IMG/VR virus record: IMGVR_UViG_3300045988_138661
Origin: a virus
DNA length: 64,000 bases
Direction: 5' to 3' (one strand)
The notes below the pieces were generated by a model. The model was given only the letters and a program-made list of their open reading frames with translations, was not told the DNA's origin and ran no database searches. Below are positions 58,657-64,000 of the stretch, one piece after another (positions within the stretch are counted from its first letter, which is position 1; the number at the start of each line of letters is the position of its first letter). A program made the position numbers and the translations under genes.

Positions 58657-58855
58657 AAAAACTATCCCACAGGCTTTGAGAGAACAGGCAGACGCCATTG
58701 AAAAGTTAGCTCAAAGAATTGCGAAAGAAAGCAAGGAATTTCCAGACGAGGAAGACCGCAGAGACGGCGGAGAACTTGCGGACGCTTTATTTGCGATTCA
58801 ATCAAAGCTCCGCTATGAGTACTCTTGGATTGCGGAAACCATGTGGGACGTGTAA
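58649..58855 (+). CDS. Hypothetical acidic protein, 68 aa.
   Basis: RBS caaagggggaaacagataATG, overlapping the previous stop. Terminator tcaggcgagat ttaat tatctcgcctga plus T. Confidence 0.5.
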   Translation: MNEKTIPQALREQADAIEKLAQRIAKESKEFPDEEDRRDGGELADALFAIQSKLRYEYSWIAETMWDV

Positions 58856-58934
58856 TTTTCAGGCGAGATTTAATTATCTCGCCTGAAAATTTTTTTCAAA
58901 AAACTATTGACAAACTCACCCCGTTGTGGTATTA

Positions 58935-59036
58935 TAATCATGTCAAGAGGAAGTGGTAAGCCTCTTGAAGTAGTGAACAAATTTCTCATACTATGGTTTG
59001 CGCGGTAGCCGATAATTACCGCGCCCTTTCTATTTC
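58935..59036 (+). ncRNA. Candidate small RNA or leaderless micro-ORF transcript. Starts AUGUCAAGAGG, has a 5-prime hairpin caagagg/cctcttg and a terminator gcgcggta-gccgataat-taccgcgc plus T-run.
   Basis: Promoter ctattgacaaactcaccccgttgtggtattataat immediately upstream. A possible 22-aa leaderless ORF (MSRGSGKPLEVVNKFLILWFAR) ends at TAG. Confidence 0.3.
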
Positions 59037-59258
59037 ATTTTTGTTAAAATTTTAACAATGATTGTTCGGCCGGGCGCGCACGGACCACGCGCCCGGAATT
59101 TCAATTATATCACAGGGCCAGCAATTTGTCAAGCAAAAAGTCGCGAAAATTTGCATAAATTATTTTTCCCAATTTTGTGCGATCCGTCAATAGACAAATC
59201 TCTAAGAGTGTGTTATATTATAATTGTTCCAAGGGAACAGAAAGATGAGGTAAATAAA

Positions 59259-59465
59259 ATGACTAACTACAACATTCACTCTTTTATCAAGACCCAGCTT
59301 CTCCATGCCGAGCAGATGCCCAGCGATGCCGAACTTTTCAAGCATAACGCCTATGGCGCAGTCTCGTGGGAGTTATATCGCACGAATGACCATGCCCTTG
59401 AAGAACAGTGGGCAAATGTATATGCTCCCAAGTTCGACGCCATCATCAGAAATTATCATTTCTGA
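59259..59465 (+). CDS. Hypothetical protein, 68 aa (MTNYNIHSFIK...).
   Basis: RBS gatgaggtaaataaaATG. Promoter tagacaaatctctaagagtgtgttatatt. Confidence 0.55.
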   Translation: MTNYNIHSFIKTQLLHAEQMPSDAELFKHNAYGAVSWELYRTNDHALEEQWANVYAPKFDAIIRNYHF

Positions 59466-59534
59466 TAAAAAGGGCTTGACAAAAGCCCTTTCGCATGATA
59501 TAATACATATACAATCAAGAAAGAGGTAAAACAA

Positions 59535-59873
59535 ATGCTTATCAAAATGTCAAAACACGCCACGCAAGACCGCATTGACCGCCTGCTCTTCATCTACGAT
59601 AATGTAGGAATCGGCGAACCGTATATCGACAGTGTTGAGGACGATGTTCTCTACACTATCACTACAACAGGTATTCTTCTTGTTCGTAGTGCTAAGGACG
59701 GAACACTCATTACAGCCTATATCGCGGATATTGATAAAATCACCGCAATATGGAGAAATAAGCACGGCGAGCGCCCTATGCCTGATAACCTTTACAAGCG
59801 GGTTCTCGCAAACGCGTTCTTTGATAGAATGTGGAATAAGCAAGAAAAGGAGAAAAAGAAAAATGTTCGGTAA
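59535..59873 (+). CDS. Hypothetical protein, 112 aa.
   Basis: ORF track. Promoter with the -35 hexamer inside aaagggcttgacaaaagcccttt. Confidence 0.6.
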   Translation: MLIKMSKHATQDRIDRLLFIYDNVGIGEPYIDSVEDDVLYTITTTGILLVRSAKDGTLITAYIADIDKITAIWRNKHGERPMPDNLYKRVLANAFFDRMWNKQEKEKKKNVR

Positions 59874-60216
59874 GAAAAAGAAGCCTTTCAATCCATATGA
59901 AAAACGCGCGGACGATGCGCTTTATGAAGTATGGGAAACGCGCGACCGCCTTTATGAAAAGACAAGGCAAGTCATTACGCGCGTAGGGGTGATTAACCTT
60001 TACCCCAATGGCGCTGACCGCGAGAAAGCCGTCTCTGACGCCGAAGAAGCGAAGCACGCTTTGCTTGTAGCTATTGGAGCATACGACACCGCGCGCATGG
60101 AATACAATGATTATGTTGAAAAAAACGCGGAAAAGTTTGACAACCATAAAGAAAAATGGACTACCACGAGCCATGAAATTATCGAATGGGCTTACAAATA
60201 CTATTATAAAGGGTGA
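59863..60216 (+). CDS. Hypothetical protein, 117 aa.
   Basis: RBS aaaaggagaaaaagaaaaATG, overlapping the upstream gene end. Confidence 0.55.
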   Translation: MFGKKKKPFNPYEKRADDALYEVWETRDRLYEKTRQVITRVGVINLYPNGADREKAVSDAEEAKHALLVAIGAYDTARMEYNDYVEKNAEKFDNHKEKWTTTSHEIIEWAYKYYYKG

Positions 60217-60221
60217 ATAAA

Positions 60222-60455
60222 ATGAAGATTACTATTAAGAATAATAAACTCGCCCCCTTTGGAGAAATTGCCAAGGGCGTAGTTTTCAAAGACCCGACCG
60301 CCGAAGATTATTACATCAAAATCGCCGCAGAGGTCGATGAAAATACCGGTGATGATGAATGGAATTGTCTCCATTTGGACAATTACGCTCTCGACTGTTT
60401 CGGCCTAAAAGATATGGTTCTCCCCATCTACGATGCGGAACTGATTATTCCCTGA
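60222..60455 (+). CDS. Hypothetical protein, 77 aa.
   Basis: RBS aaagggtgaataaaATG. Hairpin ggcggttgt-accccaaaaa-acaaccgcc follows. Confidence 0.55.
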   Translation: MKITIKNNKLAPFGEIAKGVVFKDPTAEDYYIKIAAEVDENTGDDEWNCLHLDNYALDCFGLKDMVLPIYDAELIIP

Positions 60456-60568
60456 TAAAACCGGACTTTGTCCGCGTTTCTCTCCCCCTTTCCTATGGCT
60501 TTGGCGGTTGTACCCCAAAAAACAACCGCCACCCTTTCCAAAAAATAAATTGAATGGAGATAAAAAAG

Positions 60569-60745
60569 ATGAAGAATGAGAAACTTAGTGAGGTTGTTAA
60601 AACTGTGTGCTTGATGGCACGATACGGCATTCAGAAGGGATATCCCTCGGGCGGGACAGAAGCAAATGACATGATTGAACGTGTCGCGCTTCTTGAAAAC
60701 AAGCTCGTTCCCATTCTCGTCGACCTTGAAGCCGTAGAAAACTAA
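60569..60745 (+). CDS. Hypothetical protein, 58 aa.
   Basis: RBS aatggagataaaaaagATG. Terminator aatcacccaa tttgggtgatt plus T8. Confidence 0.5.
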   Translation: MKNEKLSEVVKTVCLMARYGIQKGYPSGGTEANDMIERVALLENKLVPILVDLEAVEN

Positions 60746-60967
60746 ATGAAAAATCACCCAATTTGGGTGATTTTTTTTGTTTACTTTCACTATTGACAAA
60801 GTTCCTTGAATGTGATAAAATCGTCGGCGCGCGGACGATTGTGGCGCGCCGAGTTTTTTGTCAAGAGGTAAGTTCAACAAATTTTCGCACGAATTTTTGT
60901 GTAAAATGCCAATAGACAAAAATCCTATAATGTGGTAAGATGTATACAACAAATAGAGGGGGCTAAA

Positions 60968-61315
60968 ATGATGGTTGCATGGTATTGGTTAATTCTCGCG
61001 TTTTGCGTGGGTATTGCGTTCGCTACAATCACTGATGAGTGGTATGATTGGGAAAACACTTTAACTGACATTCTTGCATGGATTGCTCTGATTATCGGCT
61101 TCGTTCCTTTGACTTTCTATTGCATATTTCTCAAACTGACGGTTTTCCACCCCACTACGCGAGAGAAGTTTGAGGAAGTCAAAAAGGTTAGCGAAGAAAC
61201 TTGTAAAATCTATCGAGTATGCGGAAACGTGTATTTCTGGATTGACCTTAAAGCAACAAAAATCTATAACAAGGTATTCTTTATTCGAGTAAAGGAAACT
61301 GAAAACAATGGGTGA
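60968..61315 (+). CDS. Small membrane protein, 115 aa.
   Basis: RBS aaatagagggggctaaaATG. Preceded by GC-hairpin module copy B. Confidence 0.55.
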   Translation: MMVAWYWLILAFCVGIAFATITDEWYDWENTLTDILAWIALIIGFVPLTFYCIFLKLTVFHPTTREKFEEVKKVSEETCKIYRVCGNVYFWIDLKATKIYNKVFFIRVKETENNG

Positions 61316-61466
61316 AAGAGTTAATGTTTTATGTTTAATTGAGTGGTTGCGCGCTTGGACGGAAACCTTTAATGACTGCGCTTGTTGTCCTTTGTCCAAC
61401 GAGTGCGACCGCCGGAGCATCAGTTATGAATGTGCTGATGACCTATTAGAAAAATTAAAGGAGTAA
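61308..61466 (+). CDS. Cys-rich 52-aa protein (…FNDCACCPLSNECDRRSISYECADD…).
   Basis: ATG overlaps the upstream stop. RBS-like ggaaactgaaaacaATG. Confidence 0.4.
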   Translation: MGERVNVLCLIEWLRAWTETFNDCACCPLSNECDRRSISYECADDLLEKLKE

Positions 61467-61539
61467 ATTAAAAACTCTCTATTGACATTTTTGTTATAAT
61501 ATGATATTATTATAATAGAAAAAGGAAAGGGTGATAATA

Positions 61540-62013
61540 ATGAATACAATTCTTCTGTTCGCGCTTTGCACGGCGGTGAATGTTATTCTGTCAACTATCA
61601 AAAGCATTTTGACTGTTAAGGGCGGAAAACTTAGCGCGTCTTTCATCAACGCTCTCACTTATGGTTTTTATTCCTATGTGATTGTGCTGACTTCTGCGGA
61701 CGGTATGCCTATTTGGTTAAAAATGGCTATTACTGCCATTTGTAATTTCGTAGGCGTTTACCTTGTCAAGTGGATTGAAGAAAAAGCGCGTAAAGATAAA
61801 TTATGGAAAGTCGAGCTTACCGTACCGACAAGATACACTAATACCATTGACTTTGACTTACATGATGTTCCACATTCTTACATTGAATTGAGCGATAAAC
61901 ATACGCTTTTCAATTTTTACTGCGCGACCCAAAAGGAAAGCGCAAAAGTCAAGGCTATCGCTAATCAGTATGAAGCAAAATATTTTGTTGCGGAAAGCAA
62001 AAATCTTGAATAA
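61540..62013 (+). CDS. Membrane protein, 157 aa (N-terminal 3-4 TM helices plus a soluble C-terminal domain).
   Basis: Promoter ctctattgacatttttgttataat. RBS aaaaggaaagggtgataataATG. Confidence 0.6.
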   Translation: MNTILLFALCTAVNVILSTIKSILTVKGGKLSASFINALTYGFYSYVIVLTSADGMPIWLKMAITAICNFVGVYLVKWIEEKARKDKLWKVELTVPTRYTNTIDFDLHDVPHSYIELSDKHTLFNFYCATQKESAKVKAIANQYEAKYFVAESKNLE

Positions 62014-62077
62014 AGGGCTTGACAAAAGCCTTTTATTCTGCTATACTTAACGTATCAAGTGAAAGGGGAAAATTAAA

Positions 62078-62530
62078 ATGAAAGCTACTGGTATCGTTCG
62101 CAGAATTGATGACCTTGGACGTGTGGTCATTCCGAAAGAGATTCGCCGGACTTTGAAGATCCGCGAGGGCGACCCGCTTGAAATCTTCCTTGGAGAGGAC
62201 AACTGCGTTTGCTTCAAGAGGTATTCAGTGCTTGGTTCGTTGACCGAAGAGGCTCTGCGAACCGCTATTACAATGGCGTCAAATTCCGGTCTACGCCCTA
62301 TCGCAATTTATGATACTACTGTAAAACTGCGGGGCATGGAAAACTTTTCGGCCTATGTCCCGACCCAGTGGGAATTTGAAAGAAAGCCATTTGTTTTCAA
62401 TAATACCTATGGCGTTTATCCGGTTTGCGCGGACGGCGACCTTGTGGGTTATGCGGTTTGCGACCAGCAAGACATGGGGTGTGAAATGGACATGATTGTT
62501 CGCTACCTCAGCATTGTGTCTGAACGTTAA
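62078..62530 (+). CDS. AbrB/SpoVT-family transcriptional regulator, 150 aa (N-terminal swapped-hairpin domain MKATGIVRRIDDLGRVVIPKEIRRTLKIREGDPLEIF).
   Basis: The N-terminus matches the hallmark AbrB/Abh/SpoVT N-domain almost residue for residue. Own promoter and RBS. Confidence 0.75.
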   Translation: MKATGIVRRIDDLGRVVIPKEIRRTLKIREGDPLEIFLGEDNCVCFKRYSVLGSLTEEALRTAITMASNSGLRPIAIYDTTVKLRGMENFSAYVPTQWEFERKPFVFNNTYGVYPVCADGDLVGYAVCDQQDMGCEMDMIVRYLSIVSER

Positions 62531-62606
62531 AAAAATAGCACAAGGGGCTTGACAAAACAAGTCCCTTGTGCTATAATAAAACCATCAAAGGAAAGGGGCA
62601 AATAAA

Positions 62607-62783
62607 ATGGAAATTGAAAAGAAATTCCAGGTTGATTATAGCGGTAAAAATCCTTGGGACCAGTATTACGACAATCGGGTTAATTTTGATTCCGAAGAAA
62701 AAGCCGATGCTTTTATCCAAAAGTTGATGGAAGATGAAAATATCTATCAAATTTTCAAAACCATTACTGCCAGATACAGATAA
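62607..62783 (+). CDS. Hypothetical protein, 58 aa.
   Basis: RBS aaggaaaggggcaaataaaATG. Terminator ggtgaaaattcacc plus T7. Confidence 0.5.
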   Translation: MEIEKKFQVDYSGKNPWDQYYDNRVNFDSEEKADAFIQKLMEDENIYQIFKTITARYR

Positions 62784-63021
62784 AATTTGAGGTGAAAATT
62801 CACCTCATTTTTTTGGTTATTTTGCCTATTGACAAAAATCCAATAGTGTGATAAAATGGCCGGCCGTTTACGTATGCCACGGCCGGAACTTCAATTATAC
62901 CAGAAGCCAGCAAATTTGTCAATCGGCAAAATGCACAAAAATCTAATTAGTTTTTTTCCCAAAATGTGCTTGACAAAATCCAGCAGATGCGCTATAATGT
63001 ATTTAGAAAGAGGTGAAAAAC

Positions 63022-63180
63022 ATGGATAATTTCAAGAAAGCCACTGTAAAAGATTATACTGCTTGGGATTTGAATTGTAGAAACATTTGCCCTCACGATA
63101 AATCTTCTAATAAACTGGAAAAGCGTATCAAGCGCAAGGCTCGCAGAAGTCTTAAACAAAATTTGAAAAAAAAGTATTGA
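63022..63180 (+). CDS. Small basic protein, 52 aa.
   Basis: RBS agaaagaggtgaaaaacATG. The stop lies inside the -35 hexamer of the next promoter. Confidence 0.45.
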   Translation: MDNFKKATVKDYTAWDLNCRNICPHDKSSNKLEKRIKRKARRSLKQNLKKKY

Positions 63181-63237
63181 CAAAATACAGCAAATGCGCT
63201 ATAATGTAAGTACAGTAAAGGAAAGGGGTAAACACCA

Positions 63238-63738
63238 ATGAAAATCACTTACATCAAGTCTCACGTTGTGACCACTCGACGCTCTATCAACTTTGACATG
63301 GACGGCACTATCGCTGACCTCTACGGCGTCAAGGATTGGCTCGCGCTTCTCCGTTCGGAAAATCCCACACCCTATCGGACTGCCGCTCCTATGTGCGATA
63401 TGGCTGAATTGAATGAGGTTTGCGAACTTCTCCGCGCCGAGGGTTGGGAAATCAACATCATCACTTGGCTTTCCAAAGATTCGAGCGAGGAATACAAAAA
63501 CCTCGTGCGTAAAGCAAAGCGTGCGTGGCTTGAAGAACAGGGCTTCCACTATGACCACTTCCACGGCGTCCAGTATGGCGCGACCAAAGCCGACAGCGTG
63601 CGCGACCGCTATGACGTGTCCATCTTGGTTGACGATAATGAAAAGGTTCGGAATGGTTGGCACTTGGGCGCTACCATTGACCCGACCGCAGTAAACATTA
63701 TCGAAAAACTTTCGGAACTTTTGGAGAAAAGGGCTTGA
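63238..63738 (+). CDS. HAD-superfamily 5-prime(3-prime)-deoxyribonucleotidase-like protein (NT5C-type; FDMDGTIAD motif I), 166 aa.
   Basis: DxDGT motif near the N-terminus and a size typical of the NT5C family. Promoter attgacaaaatacagcaaatgcgctataat. Confidence 0.55.
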   Translation: MKITYIKSHVVTTRRSINFDMDGTIADLYGVKDWLALLRSENPTPYRTAAPMCDMAELNEVCELLRAEGWEINIITWLSKDSSEEYKNLVRKAKRAWLEEQGFHYDHFHGVQYGATKADSVRDRYDVSILVDDNEKVRNGWHLGATIDPTAVNIIEKLSELLEKRA

Positions 63739-63792
63739 CAAAGCCCTACTCCAATGGTATAATAAATACATCAAATGAAAGGGGAAAATAAA

Positions 63793-64000
63793 ATGTTTGT
63801 TCTTTTAATTCTGCTGTCTCTCACAATTTCGTTCCTGCTTATCTCTGGTTTAGTTTGGCTTCTCTGTTGGCTTCTCCCTGCCATTGGTATCACCGCAATC
63901 GGCACTTTCACCATCGTGTTCTCGTGGAAGCTGGCACTCGCAATTTGGATTATTCTCCTGCTTCTGAGCACTATCTTCCCGAGCGGTAGTAATAGGGGGT
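63793..64000 (+). CDS. Partial membrane protein (multi-TM; MFVLLILLSLTISFLLISGLVWLL...), running off the window.
   Basis: RBS aaaggggaaaataaaATG. Promoter with the -35 hexamer inside the agggcttgacaaagccct palindrome. Confidence 0.5.
   Translation, partial: MFVLLILLSLTISFLLISGLVWLLCWLLPAIGITAIGTFTIVFSWKLALAIWIILLLLSTIFPSGSNRG

Noticed and set aside
60428-60952. Minus-strand 174-aa ORF.
   Set aside because: Spans two plus-strand genes, a terminator and promoter module B. No RBS. Opposite to the uniform transcription direction of the arm.
63199-63774. Minus-strand 191-aa ORF.
   Set aside because: Antisense to the well-supported HAD-like gene 63238..63738.
1-64000. CRISPR arrays, rRNA genes, integrase or transposase genes.
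   Set aside because: No regularly spaced identical repeats, no rRNA-like conserved blocks, and no recombinase or transposase-like ORFs recognised by eye.

Overview
This window looks like a tailed-phage (siphovirus-like) genome segment with two oppositely transcribed arms. The left arm (about 1-52.75 kb, leftward transcription) holds packaging, head, tail and fibre genes and apparently uses TAG as a sense codon. The right arm (about 52.9-64 kb) is GC-richer and carries roughly 30 short standard-code genes, each with its own sigma-70-type promoter. No CRISPR array, rRNA or transposon was seen. Coordinates of the TAG-containing genes are approximate, and TTG/GTG starts are common.

The left arm is AT-rich (about 30% GC by eye). 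Its genes run, right to left: two Zn-ribbon proteins, large terminase, a small PD-(D/E)xK nuclease, portal, scaffold, decoration, major capsid, connectors, major tail, chaperones, an 8.25-kb tape measure gene, very large tail proteins, tail fibres, and a holin-like gene. A LytTR-type regulator sits on the plus strand at the far left. The six-frame ORFs in this arm are fragments of long genes. Adjacent ORFs share a reading frame and are separated only by CTA triplets on the plus strand, which are TAG on the coding strand. A hand scan of frame 1 across 7354-8319 (322 codons) found no TAA or TGA but eight TAG. Genes expected to be highly expressed contain no TAG at all: major capsid, decoration, major tail, the 553-aa tail fibre and a few small genes.

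The right arm is about 45-50% GC by eye. Its genes have a stereotyped promoter (cTTGACAAAtcc, 17-nt spacer, TATAAT), a conserved leader (AAAGGAAAGGGG Shine-Dalgarno) and usually an intrinsic terminator. They include an AbrB-family regulator, an NT5C-like HAD deoxyribonucleotidase, several small membrane or Cys-rich proteins, and a 113-nt tRNA-like element that may be a suppressor tRNA for the recoded TAG.

The right arm also has several repeated non-coding elements: GC-hairpin modules flanked by promoters, an iteron array, AT palindromes, palindromes that embed the -35 hexamer, and conserved AUGUCAAGAGG transcript starts. Signal types point to a Firmicutes host.
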